Counted from the stretch's first letter, positions 1-9,909 are shown. The stretch: 22,840 bases of DNA from Gemmatimonadota bacterium (GCA_039586365.1 JBDHKN010000084.1:1-22840); one strand, 5' to 3'. Notes: generated by a model not told the origin, from the sequence alone. Made by a program: numbers and translations.

Positions 1-1566
1 GAAGTGGGCTTCGCGCTGAGCTACGCGCATTCGCGGGGCATCATCCACCGCGACATCAAGCCTGACAACATTCTGTTGGAGGAAGCCAGCGGCCGGGCGC
101 TGGTGGCCGACTTCGGGATCGCCGGCGTCGTGGACGAGTCCCAGGCAATCGAAGAAAGCGAGGTCGTCGGCACGGTAGAGTTCATGAGCCCCGAACAGGC
201 AGCTGGAGGACGCGTCGACGCCCGCAGCGACCTCTACGCCCTTGGCATGGTGGCGTACTACGCGCTGTCGGGTAACCTGCCTTTCATATCAGACAGCCTT
301 GCCACCACCCTGGAGCACGTCCGGTCCACACCAGTACCGTCGGTCTCGCTGGTCGCCACCCAGGCGCCCCGCCGCCTCACGCGAATAATCGATACCTGTC
401 TCAGGAAGGATCCCGCCGAACGGTTCGATTCTGCCATAACATTCGCAGAAGCACTCGACGCGGTGACCACAGCTCGGAAACAGATACCAGTCGCCGTGCG
501 CACGTTCCTGTACGATCCAATCGACCTCGGCGGTGATGCACCCGCCTATGCGACCATCGCCACACTCGCTGCACTTCCGATGGTCGTGGCCACGATACAG
601 CTGCCCAGTCTCGGAGTCATGCTCGGTGGTTACGCGGCGGTCGTTCTGGGCATCCCCACCGTGCTGGTCCCACCGCGCATCCGGCGTCTGATGTCGTCCG
701 GCAACTCGATCGCAGACCTGGAGCTGGGCCTGCGTCAGGACCTGGAGCAGCGCAAAGAGGAATCACCGCGACAACATCAGAGCAAGTTTGGCCGCATTCG
801 TTCTCTGCTGCGCAAGGCGTCGCTCGTGGGAATGGGTGGTTCCTGGGGCTTGTTCTGGGTAAGCGTGTTGATAGGCCAGGTACTGGGGTCGCCAACAGGG
901 TACGACTTGGGCTTCCTCCTCATGCTCTCGATCGGTAGTGCGTCCGCGGTGGGATACGTCTTGGGATCGGTGGCGGCGTCTGAAGACCAGGAGCTACGCG
1001 CCCTCAAGAAGGCCGCCAGACGGCTGAAGTTTTGGCAGAGCCGATTGGGAAAGGCGATATTCAAGATCAGCGGCGTTGGACTCCACAAGCGGATCACCGA
1101 AGTGCGTGCCACGCATCGCCCGACCGAGTTGCAGTTAGGCATGGCGGCGGAAGCGTTGTTCGAGTCCTTGCCCAAAACGACTCGGAAGCTGTTGGGTGAT
1201 GTGCCGACCACCATCACCAAACTGGAAGCGGACGCGCATAAAATCCGAGAGTACATCAACATGCTGACCGAAGCTGAAGCGGCGGGCCTGCCGCGCAAAG
1301 TCCCCTTCCCGTCCGACCTCCGGGAGACACGAGAGCAAGCTGAAAAGCACTTGTCGGAGGTCGTGGCAGCGCTCGAGACCATCCGTCTCGAGTTGTTGCG
1401 GCTAACCGCCGGGGTCGGCAGCGTCGATGGTCTCACCACCAATCTGTTGGCGGCCGGTCGGATCCGCAGTGACGTCGCCCACTTGATCGAGGGTATGGAA
1501 GAGGTGGAGGCGGTATTCAAGACGGCGGTCAAGCAGCAGCAGACGGACCCGCCGGGCGGGGGCTAA
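1..1566 (+). CDS. Hanks-type Ser/Thr protein kinase with several TM helices and a C-terminal helical domain (5'-truncated by the window edge)
   Basis: Frame is open from base 1. Motifs HRDIKPDN (catalytic loop), DFG, GTVEFMSPEQ and DLYALG; several hydrophobic segments follow the kinase domain; stop TAA at 1564-1566. The N-lobe lies outside the window. Confidence 0.93.
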   Translation, partial: EVGFALSYAHSRGIIHRDIKPDNILLEEASGRALVADFGIAGVVDESQAIEESEVVGTVEFMSPEQAAGGRVDARSDLYALGMVAYYALSGNLPFISDSLATTLEHVRSTPVPSVSLVATQAPRRLTRIIDTCLRKDPAERFDSAITFAEALDAVTTARKQIPVAVRTFLYDPIDLGGDAPAYATIATLAALPMVVATIQLPSLGVMLGGYAAVVLGIPTVLVPPRIRRLMSSGNSIADLELGLRQDLEQRKEESPRQHQSKFGRIRSLLRKASLVGMGGSWGLFWVSVLIGQVLGSPTGYDLGFLLMLSIGSASAVGYVLGSVAASEDQELRALKKAARRLKFWQSRLGKAIFKISGVGLHKRITEVRATHRPTELQLGMAAEALFESLPKTTRKLLGDVPTTITKLEADAHKIREYINMLTEAEAAGLPRKVPFPSDLRETREQAEKHLSEVVAALETIRLELLRLTAGVGSVDGLTTNLLAAGRIRSDVAHLIEGMEEVEAVFKTAVKQQQTDPPGGG

Positions 1567-1750
1567 GTTCCCCGCTTGCAGCAACCGGTTCGTGATTGGG
1601 GACCGTGCCCAACCCGAGCCCCCAGAAAGAGCCAGCTCCAGACGAATCTGACTTAGGGCCGCTCTGACCCGGTTCAACCGGCGAATATCAGTAGGATCAT
1701 CGTCGAAGCCATCTTCAGGTCCTCCTCAGCTTGACGCGAGCCCTTTCATA

Positions 1751-4537
1751 TCATTCCGACCGCAACGCCCTCACCGGGTCGATGCGACTCGCCCGGCGGG
1801 CAGGAACGTAAGAGGCAAGCAGCGCCACCCCTCCCAACAACACCGGAACCGCCACGAATGTGAGCAGATCAAACGCACCCACACCGAACAGCATGTGATT
1901 GAGTGCCCGGGTCAGGAGCAGTGCGAGTGCCAGGCCTATCAAGCCACCGACTGCCACCAACCTGAGGCCGCTGCCGGCGAGCATCCGCATCACGGCCCCA
2001 GCGTCGGCACCCAGCGACATGCGGATTCCCATTTCGTGCGTGCGCTGCGACACGGAGTAACTCACGATACCGTAGAGGCCTACAGCGGCGAGGGTGAGTG
2101 CCAGGACCGCGAAGACCGACAACAGCAGTGCGGACAGCCGGGCCGGCAGCAGCACGATTCCCAAGTGGCGCGCCATCGTCTTCGCCTCCCACACCCATGC
2201 GTCCGGATCCAGCTCACGCACCGCCGCCAACAGCTGCGTTGCCGTCCATTCCGGCGACAACGACGTCCTCGCTATGACCGTCATGAACGACGTGTATGCC
2301 TGACTGTACGGCAGGTACACAAATGACACCGGAGCCTCACCCAGCGAATTGACCTTGGCATCGCTGGCGACACCGATAACAGTCATGTCCACGCCGTCCG
2401 GCTGGTGGTGTAGCGTGCGACCGACGGCCTCCTGGCCCGGCCAAAATCGCCGCGCCATCGCTTCGCTGACGATGGCGACCCTGGGCGCGTCCTCTCGGTC
2501 GATGTCGCTGAAATTCCTGCCCCGGAGGATGCGGATACCCGACGCATCAAAGAAGCCGGCGTCTACCTCCGCTCGGTCTATGTCATGGCCGGGGCGGTCC
2601 GGTGGCGGCTCCACACCGTCGACGTTGACTCGGATACTCTGACTGTTCAGCGTGTTCAGATGAATGTTGCTGGTCAGCCCCACCGCCTCGACACCGGGAA
2701 TCTGGCCAAACCGCTCAAACAGTCCACGAACGAAGACACGGCCCTCTTCGGGTGAGTAGCGATTGGCGGGCACGGCCATAGTGAGCAGTGCCGCGGGGTC
2801 ACGGCCGAACCCCGGGTCGGCCGCCTGGGTCGCCAGGAAACTCCGCAGAAAGAGACCCGCCCCGACCAACAACATGAACGACATCGCTACCTGGACGATC
2901 ACCAGGCTGTTCCGCATCCGCTGTCTGCCGGCATGGCCGGCTCCAGCAGTCTCGTCCCTCAGTGTGGCGGCGACGTCAGGCCTGGTGGCCTGCAGGGCCG
3001 GCGCCAAACCGAACAGGATGCCCGCGGCGAGCGAGACGAGGACACTGTAAAGGAGCACTGTCGTGTTGAGACCCAAGTCGAGGTCAATCGGCACGGGTAG
3101 TGGTAGCTCGGCTGCCAGCAGCAGTCTCAGTAGCGAAACGCCAAGTACGACTCCGGCGGCACCGCCCAGGATCCCTAGCAGGATCGTCTCGGTGAGGAGT
3201 TGTCCCACCAAGGTCTTCCGGGTAGCACCGAGCGCGAGCCGCACCGCGATCTCCTTGCGGCGGTCGGTGGCTTTCGCCAACAGGAAGCCGGCCAGGTTGG
3301 CACAGGCCATGAGCAACACCAATCCGACCACCACCGAGAGTAACAGGGCTGCGGCGCGCACGAACCGGTCAAATGGGGGATAGACGATCACGTCCTCAGC
3401 GGGGACGAGAACCATATCGTCCCCGGTACTCCAGCTGTCCGGGTAGGTTGCCTTGAGTCGTGCCGCAACTGCCGATACGGCGACGCGAGCCTGCTCCAGC
3501 GTTGCGCCCGGCTTGAGTCTGGCTCTCACGAATACAGAGTGGCTCCCCCTCTGCTCGAGTTCGTCAGATTCACCCGACTGAACTTCGTTGACCATCATCC
3601 GCGGTAGGAAGAAGGCGGGGACAATGCCGCGGAACTTGCCGGCATAGTCTTCCGGAGCCACACCCACGATCGTGTAGAGTCGGCCCGTCAACCTGATCTG
3701 GGAACCGACCACGTCCATGCTGCCACCGAATGCGCGTTGCCAATAGGAATGCCCTAGCACGGCAACCGGGTGTGCGCCGGGAGCCACGTCATCCTCGGGC
3801 AGAAAAGTGCGGCCGAACCTGGCACTCACACCGATGAGTGAGAAGTAGTTGCCGGTCACCAGCTCCGCGGGCTGCATGTCGATTGCGCCGTCACGTTCGA
3901 CCTGCAACATCGAGAGTTGGCTCGAGGCGATACCCTCGAACACGTCACTCGTACCCGCCACCAAGTCGTCGAAGTCCGGGTACGAGAAGACGCCGTACGG
4001 GAAATTCGCGGTGGCTCGGTATACGTCGACCAGCCGTGCGGGATCCTTGAGCGGTGGCCGCTCGAGCAGCACCGCGTCGACAATGCTGAACACTGCGGTG
4101 TTGGCTCCGATTCCCAGAGCCAGCGAGAGGACCGCCGTCGCAGTGAACGCGGGACTCTGCATCAAGCGACGTACTGCATAGGAGAGGTTGCGCCACAACC
4201 TGAAGACGAGCGGATCACCCCGGGTCCATAACTGCTCGACCTTGTGCCCCGGAGAAGCCGGCGGGTGCGTGGCGTGGGCCACTAGTCGTCCCGCGACCTC
4301 GCTGTCGCCGAAGGACTCGAGCAGCTCGGCAGCGCTCCGGCCCGCCGCCAAGCCGTCTTCGAAATGAGCCACCAACTCACGCACGAGGTCGAGTCGCCTC
4401 TCTCCTGTGAGGCCGCTCGACTGCACTACCGCCAGGATGCGTTCGCACACCGCGTGAGGGAGTCGCGATGCCGCCGCCAGGCGATCGACGTCGAACGACT
4501 CGTGGCTCTCTATGTATGGACCCGCTTGTCGCTTCAT
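1751..4537 (-). CDS. Duplicated MacB_PCD/FtsX ABC-type permease (ADOP-like orphan permease) with an N-terminal helical prefix domain
   Basis: 928 aa. Signatures SLALGIGANTAVFS, LLMACANLAGFLLA..RRKEIAVRLALGA and GLYGIVSYSVSQRTHEMGIRMSLGA, ending PARRASRIDPVRALRSE. GGGAG SD upstream. Starts 4 nt downstream of the PadR gene; no ATPase gene in the window. Confidence 0.93.
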   Translation of the reverse strand: MKRQAGPYIESHESFDVDRLAAASRLPHAVCERILAVVQSSGLTGERRLDLVRELVAHFEDGLAAGRSAAELLESFGDSEVAGRLVAHATHPPASPGHKVEQLWTRGDPLVFRLWRNLSYAVRRLMQSPAFTATAVLSLALGIGANTAVFSIVDAVLLERPPLKDPARLVDVYRATANFPYGVFSYPDFDDLVAGTSDVFEGIASSQLSMLQVERDGAIDMQPAELVTGNYFSLIGVSARFGRTFLPEDDVAPGAHPVAVLGHSYWQRAFGGSMDVVGSQIRLTGRLYTIVGVAPEDYAGKFRGIVPAFFLPRMMVNEVQSGESDELEQRGSHSVFVRARLKPGATLEQARVAVSAVAARLKATYPDSWSTGDDMVLVPAEDVIVYPPFDRFVRAAALLLSVVVGLVLLMACANLAGFLLAKATDRRKEIAVRLALGATRKTLVGQLLTETILLGILGGAAGVVLGVSLLRLLLAAELPLPVPIDLDLGLNTTVLLYSVLVSLAAGILFGLAPALQATRPDVAATLRDETAGAGHAGRQRMRNSLVIVQVAMSFMLLVGAGLFLRSFLATQAADPGFGRDPAALLTMAVPANRYSPEEGRVFVRGLFERFGQIPGVEAVGLTSNIHLNTLNSQSIRVNVDGVEPPPDRPGHDIDRAEVDAGFFDASGIRILRGRNFSDIDREDAPRVAIVSEAMARRFWPGQEAVGRTLHHQPDGVDMTVIGVASDAKVNSLGEAPVSFVYLPYSQAYTSFMTVIARTSLSPEWTATQLLAAVRELDPDAWVWEAKTMARHLGIVLLPARLSALLLSVFAVLALTLAAVGLYGIVSYSVSQRTHEMGIRMSLGADAGAVMRMLAGSGLRLVAVGGLIGLALALLLTRALNHMLFGVGAFDLLTFVAVPVLLGGVALLASYVPARRASRIDPVRALRSE

Positions 4538-4541
4538 CGCT

Positions 4542-4889
4542 TCAACTCCCGCGCGTATCGGACTCCATCAACCCGATGCCCTGCATGGCGCCAACCAGTC
4601 CGCGCCACTGTTTGCGGTACGAGTGCAACTGCGCAATGCCCTTTCTCGTGAGCGCGTAGTACTTCCTGTACCGGCCCGACGCGGCTTCCCGCCACTTGGT
4701 GCGGACCAGGCCCTTGCTCTCGAGGTTGTACAGTAGGGGGTACAGAGTCGACTGCCCCATGGCCAGCACACCCTCCGTCCGGCGCGACAGCGCCTCGACC
4801 AGTTCGTAGCCATACATCTCCCGTTGCTCGAGCAACTGCAGCACGGCAACGGGGCCGGCGCCTCGCATCAGCTCACGTTCTATTCGCAT
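4542..4889 (-). CDS. PadR family transcriptional regulator
   Basis: 115 aa with EMYGYEL, STLYPLLYNLESKGLV and RKYYALTRKG (winged-helix PadR motifs). AAGGGG SD before the ATG. Confidence 0.95.
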   Translation of the reverse strand: MRIERELMRGAGPVAVLQLLEQREMYGYELVEALSRRTEGVLAMGQSTLYPLLYNLESKGLVRTKWREAASGRYRKYYALTRKGIAQLHSYRKQWRGLVGAMQGIGLMESDTRGS

Positions 4890-4945
4890 TGATTCCCCTT
4901 CCCTGGCCTTACGGGGTCCGACGTGGAAAGGTTACACTTTCACAC

Positions 4946-4966
4946 ATACTATGTATCACAGGGTAT
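4946..4966. promoter_or_regulatory. Putative PadR operator (imperfect palindrome)
   Basis: ATACTATGT-ATC-ACAGGGTAT, 7 of 9 arm positions symmetric. AT-rich, about 57 nt upstream of the padR start, overlapping minus-strand -10-like hexamers (TAGTAT/CATAGT). Confidence 0.55.
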
Positions 4967-5071
4967 AGGGCTGTGCGAGCAGGATGGGCGGCGTGCACGC
5001 CAGCCTGGGACGGGCTGGGAGTGTCCCGCCGCGGCTCAGTTGGATTTGGGGAAAGCGCTGTGCGGCGAAGG

Positions 5072-6160
5072 CTACAGGGGCAGCTCAGCCGCCGCCGTCA
5101 CGGCCGCCTGGTACACCGGTTGCTCGAACACATTCTGCACGAAATAGAGCGCGAAATAACTGATCGCCGCCGCGATAACCGGAGTCGCCACCCATCCCAA
5201 GGCGATGTTGCGGAGCACGGTCCAATTGATCTGCCGAGCACCTTTGAACCCATGAGCGAGCGCGAGTCCGCACACCGCACCTACCACAGCCTGGGAACTC
5301 GACACGGGTACCAGTGGCAGCGGCGGTAGACCGATACGCACCAGGAACGCCTCGAGGGATTGAGAGGAAAACACGAACAGCACCAGCGACTGCGCCATCA
5401 CGACGATCCACCCGCCGACGGGCCCCACGGTGACTATGCTCTTACCCACGGTCATCATCACACGCTTCGAGAAGAAGGTGCCGACCCCGATGGCGAGTGC
5501 TCCCAATAGGAACAGTCGCTGTTGTCCCGTAAAGGTGAAGACACCCAACGAGAGGTCCTCCAGGGGAGAGGCCGGGATGAAAACGCCGACCACGTTGGCG
5601 ATGTTGTTGGCGCCCAGGCTGTAGGCACCTAGCGCTCCTGCAACCAGCAGACCGATCCGGGTCCACTGGTCCAGCCACAGAATGTGCGGCTTGGTCTGGT
5701 GGATCAGTCGTCGGGTTACCCAATACAACAGGAGCGCGAACAGTGCGCCCAGGATCGGAGCCGCGACCCAGGTGCCTACGATCTTCGTGAGCGCGGTGAG
5801 GTCCGTCGCTGTGTGGCTGAACAGGTTCCAGCCAACGATGCCGCCAACCACGGCCTGGGTGGTGGAAACCGGCAGGCCGAGCTTGGTCATGCTGTACACG
5901 GTTAGCGCCGCAGCGAGAGCCACGGTGAACGAACCACCCAGCGCGTTTACCGCCCCCAGCTCGCCGAGGCCGTGCGAGGCGCCGGCGCCGCTCAAGACCG
6001 CACCGAGCACCACGAAGATCGCGCACACGGTGGCGGCAGTCGAAAACCGCAGCATGCGGCTCCCCACGGCCGTACCGAACACGTTGGCCGCGTCGTTGGC
6101 ACCCAGCGACCACCCGAGGAACAGACCGCTGGAGAGAAATACGAAGAAGGTGAGGCCCAT
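5072..6160 (-). CDS. pit: Inorganic phosphate transporter, PiT family
   Basis: 362-aa hydrophobic protein with both PiT signature halves: GANDAAN / PVSTTQAVVG and GANNIAN / PVSSSQAVVG. Directly downstream of DUF47. Confidence 0.95.
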   Translation of the reverse strand: MGLTFFVFLSSGLFLGWSLGANDAANVFGTAVGSRMLRFSTAATVCAIFVVLGAVLSGAGASHGLGELGAVNALGGSFTVALAAALTVYSMTKLGLPVSTTQAVVGGIVGWNLFSHTATDLTALTKIVGTWVAAPILGALFALLLYWVTRRLIHQTKPHILWLDQWTRIGLLVAGALGAYSLGANNIANVVGVFIPASPLEDLSLGVFTFTGQQRLFLLGALAIGVGTFFSKRVMMTVGKSIVTVGPVGGWIVVMAQSLVLFVFSSQSLEAFLVRIGLPPLPLVPVSSSQAVVGAVCGLALAHGFKGARQINWTVLRNIALGWVATPVIAAAISYFALYFVQNVFEQPVYQAAVTAAAELPL

Positions 6161-6181
6161 GGCGCCGGCTCGGTCGGTTGC

Positions 6182-6841
6182 CTAGACCGACCGCTTCACC
6201 GCATAGATGGCCAGCGCATCCCCCGCGTCGTCCGCCAGGTCGGCGATACGGTCGATCAGCCAGACTTGGCCCCGGAGCAGCAGCTTACGATCCAGCGACA
6301 GCTCGGACTGGAACAGCTGTTCCATGATCCTGAGTGCAATCTCTTCCGTCTCGGTCTCGAGAAAGTGGATCTTGTGGATGTGGTCCCGAGTCGTCCTGGG
6401 ATCTCGGAAATAGCTGCGCGCAGCTACGACGACTTGCTCCACGGTGTCCACCGCCAGCCCCACACACTCGATCCAGATCTCATTGAACTCGGCAGGGATC
6501 TTGGGACGCTCGATCCGTACCACCATGAAGCCGTGCTTCATCTCGTCGAGCAACCTGTCCAAGAAACCCAGCAACCCCAGCACGTCACCCGAGGTGTCGG
6601 GCAGCAGCATTTCGGTGTAAAGCGCCTGCCCGATCGCGCCGCGCAGCGTGTCGCCCCGATCCTCGAAGGCACTCAACTGCTGGAACTTCTGCTCCGCAGC
6701 ATCATCCCAACCGTGCCGGATGTAGTGCAGGATTCCATGCTTGTAGGTGAGCGCTCCCTGGGACACCACGTCCAACATCTCATCGATCTGTGATTTGAGT
6801 ACCTGTGTCCTGCGAAACGGAGAGATCTTGAGTTCAGCCAT
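6182..6841 (-). CDS. DUF47 family (PhoU-like) phosphate transport accessory protein
   Basis: Helical protein of about 219 aa with EDRGDTLR, LYTEMLLP and IADLADDAGD patterns, in the usual DUF47-pit operon order. Start chosen at ATG 6841 behind a G-rich SD. Confidence 0.88.
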   Translation of the reverse strand: MAELKISPFRRTQVLKSQIDEMLDVVSQGALTYKHGILHYIRHGWDDAAEQKFQQLSAFEDRGDTLRGAIGQALYTEMLLPDTSGDVLGLLGFLDRLLDEMKHGFMVVRIERPKIPAEFNEIWIECVGLAVDTVEQVVVAARSYFRDPRTTRDHIHKIHFLETETEEIALRIMEQLFQSELSLDRKLLLRGQVWLIDRIADLADDAGDALAIYAVKRSV

Positions 6842-7125
6842 GCACGCCCCCGTCAGGTTGAGCCGCAACACCTGCGTGAACCAAATGTGGCGCCCGCTGG
6901 CGACGAGCTGGCATTATCGCCGCTACCGGTAGCAGTGCACGAGCGCGCTCCAATTCTGCCCCGCTCTGCCGCATCAAGCAAGTATTGGTTGCGTCACCGT
7001 ATCCGAGTCACGGCAGCAACAAGCTGTGAGGTGCTAGTCGCTGTTAACGGGTAAGAGCGTGGTGGTGGTGTAGCGTCGCGGATGGTGCGATCGTTTCGGG
7101 GAGGCCTGCCTAGCCAGCTCGTTGG

Positions 7126-7788
7126 TCAGTAAGGGGCAGCCGATCCGATGAAGAGCAACTGCTCGAGGTAGCGCGCCGCCGCACCGCGAATCATCACCGC
7201 TTCGTCCAGCACGTCCACCTCGTTGGGACTCGACTCACTAGTCTCCGGGACACTCCTGAACTGCTCCTTGACCACGACCGCATCGATTGGGAACAGGTTG
7301 TCCCAGAACCACGTGGCGGACTCGATGGGGAAAATGACCATCAGTTCGAGCGGCAGCAGTTCACGGATCTCCAGGTCCCCGCGCGGCACCCATGCCAGGT
7401 CCGGGAAATCCCAGCGATATCCGAACATCCGCACGGAATCGCGCGACGTCTCGGCCCAGCGCATCAGCCCCGCGAACGACGATTCGCTCCGAGCGTGAGT
7501 GTGGGTCAGGCTCAGCCGCCTCTCCAACGCAACCTTGTTGCGCAGCAGTTCACCCATGGAGCCCTGCTCTTCGGCGATCTTGACCTCGCGGGACAACGAG
7601 TGGAAGGGCAGCAGGAGGTGTTTCTTGAACAGGCGGTCCGGAACGGCACCGAGCACCACGGAATAGACCCTGTCGGTCTCCGGATGGTACACGTAGGCGA
7701 TCTCTTCTCTGGTCAATTCCGTGTACCGCTCGGCTCCGTAGAGACCGAGCAGGCCACTCACAGTCAACAGCAAGATCGTCTTGGTCAT
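7126..7788 (-). CDS. Hypothetical protein with an N-terminal signal or anchor
   Basis: About 220 aa from ATG 7788 (MTKTILLLTVSGLLGLYGA). Protein-like composition, co-oriented with neighbours, no family recognised. Confidence 0.7.
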   Translation of the reverse strand: MTKTILLLTVSGLLGLYGAERYTELTREEIAYVYHPETDRVYSVVLGAVPDRLFKKHLLLPFHSLSREVKIAEEQGSMGELLRNKVALERRLSLTHTHARSESSFAGLMRWAETSRDSVRMFGYRWDFPDLAWVPRGDLEIRELLPLELMVIFPIESATWFWDNLFPIDAVVVKEQFRSVPETSESSPNEVDVLDEAVMIRGAAARYLEQLLFIGSAAPY

Positions 7789-7992
7789 TTCCGCCTTCAG
7801 TACCAACTGAGGCGGGAGAAACTACACCTGGGACCGGCCGTCGCAAGGTCCGGCAATGACCGAGCTGGCACTCCACAATTGCGCGGTTCAGCTCGGCCGT
7901 TACCCCGGCTTCACCCTGGCGCCCAAGGCGTTGTCACGGTTGAGCTTGGGAAGCACTCACCGGTGGCCCGCGCCATCCCCGGCCCGCCAATT

Positions 7993-9078
7993 TCACCCTA
8001 GGCTCGCAACCATCTTCCCCCGCTGCACCAGAATCCTGCGCATCCAGTTCAGCCGGTCCTCCAGGTGGCCGCGCATTCGAGGCGTTACAAGGGCCCGCTT
8101 CAAGCCCCCAACTCGCTTGTCGAACAGTACCCGCTCCACACACACCAGGTATGAGCTCGGACCTTCCGGAGTGTCGGGGCCCGCGACCACCCGCAGCGAT
8201 CGCAGCGCGCCCCTCAGATAGTGACTCGCGTACAGCTGTTTCAGTACGATCCACAGCTCGCCAGGTTCGGCCCGGTACATGGTCGACTGCGTCACCGTCG
8301 TGAGCGGCCGCATCCCGAAGTCTTCTATCAGCCAGTAGAACTGGTTCTCGATCTCGGACGGTGTCTCGGCTGGACCTTGCTGCAGGTAGTCATATAGCTC
8401 GGGCGCCTGCTCGGCCAGTACCGTGAAGCGGCTGAGCAGCTCGCGGAACCCGCGCTCCAGCGACTGCGGTTCCTGTTGATCGGCGTATTCCACCAACGCA
8501 GCGTTGCCGCCGGCGAGGTACTGCTGCAGGTATTCGCCCAGCCATCCCACCACGATGCGCGATACCTGAGCCTCATAAAGCTCATCGTCCGAGTCCAGCT
8601 GTGACAGCGCAGCAATCGTGGCGCTTGGCAGTTTCATGTGACACTTGCCCAGCCGACAAGATCGCACGGCTTTCACGTCTTCCTGTCTGACTGCGAGCAA
8701 CTCGAGATCCTGCGGCAAGCTGGCCGAAGCGAACTGTCCCATGCGCGCTACGTGTCTGTTGTTGCTGAACTGCTCGAGCTGCCGAGCAAAGGCGGCAAAG
8801 TCGCTGGGGCGACCCGGTAACTGCACCACACCGAGCAGCACGAGTTCCCAGTTGTCGTGACGGTCGAGGACTCTGGTGACGATCTCGCCCCCAGTGACCT
8901 TGTTCCAGTCACTCGGCTTGATCCCGTACTGTTGGATCAGATTGGCCGCGGCGTTGCTGGGTGCCGCGGCTGAAGTTACCGCCCGCCCCGCGGGCTCGAC
9001 TGTGAGTGTCACTTGAGCCACCGCCCCAGTCGACACGAGCAACAGCGACAGCAGCGAAGTGTGCATGACGGAGTGCAT
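7993..9078 (-). CDS. Uncharacterised exported protein (CxxxxC motif)
   Basis: Strong SD AAGGAGGT just upstream of ATG 9078; signal peptide LLSLLLVSTGAVA-Q; 361 aa. The 544-aa ORF-track call over-extends into the upstream gene. Confidence 0.82.
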   Translation of the reverse strand: MHSVMHTSLLSLLLVSTGAVAQVTLTVEPAGRAVTSAAAPSNAAANLIQQYGIKPSDWNKVTGGEIVTRVLDRHDNWELVLLGVVQLPGRPSDFAAFARQLEQFSNNRHVARMGQFASASLPQDLELLAVRQEDVKAVRSCRLGKCHMKLPSATIAALSQLDSDDELYEAQVSRIVVGWLGEYLQQYLAGGNAALVEYADQQEPQSLERGFRELLSRFTVLAEQAPELYDYLQQGPAETPSEIENQFYWLIEDFGMRPLTTVTQSTMYRAEPGELWIVLKQLYASHYLRGALRSLRVVAGPDTPEGPSSYLVCVERVLFDKRVGGLKRALVTPRMRGHLEDRLNWMRRILVQRGKMVASLG

Positions 9079-9122
9079 GGTTACCTCCTTGCAACACGGT
9101 AATCCAGAGCGGACCCAACCCA

Positions 9123-9815
9123 TCAGACGGTGGAAAGAGCCCGCCTCTGCTTGAGCTGCAGCCGGCGCAGCAGCACCACGGCGACTATGAGCGCCATGGC
9201 TGTCGCCCCGGCAGCGGCGATCTGCCCAGTCGTGAGCGGCAGGGCGCTTCCCAGCGCGGCGATCAAGAAGATCCTCACGAAGCGTCCCATCGCCGTCGCG
9301 CACATGTAGCGAAAGACCGAGTAGCGCGACAACACCGCACACGTGCGCGCGATCCAGAACGGGATCGGTGTGAGCGCTGCAACGGCGACAGTGGCAAACG
9401 GCTGGGCGTTGAACCAGCGTACCACCAACTGTACGATCCCGGCGTCGCGCAGCTTGGTGAGTTTCTCCGAGTGGAGGATCGCGTCGAACACGCTGTAGTT
9501 GAGAAACTCCACCAGGACTATCGCGACGATGCCGATCCCGGCGATCAACAGCGGTGAGTAGAGTTGCCCGAACGCGATCAGCACCGGCTCGGATGCCGCC
9601 GGCAAAAAAGCTGAGGTCGGACCACAACAGATGAGCATCAGCGTGAAGTAGACGGCGAGGTCGCTCACACCCGGGAATAGGAGCGAGACGAGCGTCGCTG
9701 CCACCGCTGCCACCGCACAGGAGCGCAGCAACAGATCCCAGCTCGGCGGGGCGACGGATATTCGCGCAGCGCGAGAGAGCTGTGTGGCCAGACCGCTATG
9801 CGAGAGGGCGCGCAT
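9123..9815 (-). CDS. DedA/VTT (SNARE-associated, YqaA-like) membrane protein
   Basis: 230 aa, multi-pass. Re-entrant-helix patterns FLPAASEPVLIAFG and ALTPIPFWIAR, plus GRFVRIF. GAGGAG SD. Confidence 0.82.
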   Translation of the reverse strand: MRALSHSGLATQLSRAARISVAPPSWDLLLRSCAVAAVAATLVSLLFPGVSDLAVYFTLMLICCGPTSAFLPAASEPVLIAFGQLYSPLLIAGIGIVAIVLVEFLNYSVFDAILHSEKLTKLRDAGIVQLVVRWFNAQPFATVAVAALTPIPFWIARTCAVLSRYSVFRYMCATAMGRFVRIFLIAALGSALPLTTGQIAAAGATAMALIVAVVLLRRLQLKQRRALSTV

Positions 9816-9861
9816 GGAACCGCTCCTCGATTTGAGGTTGAGTGCAACATGCCACGCCTAC

Positions 9862-9909
9862 GTCAAGCAGGGGTCAAGGCAACGCAGGTCATGTCAAGCA
9901 GGAATCAAG
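9862..9909 (-). promoter_or_regulatory. Two tandem 11-bp-period direct-repeat boxes (candidate OmpR/PhoB-family sites)
   Basis: GTCAAGCAGGGGTCAAG at 9862-9878 and GTCAAGCAGGAATCAAG at 9893-9909, 31 bp apart, upstream of the DedA/VTT gene. Confidence 0.55.

Noticed and set aside
97..123. 27-nt identity with 11716-11742
   Set aside because: Both encode the conserved kinase motif ALVADFGIA with GC-biased codons; not a mobile or regulatory repeat.
6960..7030. Pho box upstream of DUF47-pit
   Set aside because: GTCAC half-sites are 14 nt apart and the only 11-nt-spaced partner is a poor match.
9079..9627. N-terminal extension of the 544-aa ORF
   Set aside because: It overlaps the VTT gene in another frame; a strong SD and signal peptide mark the start at 9078.
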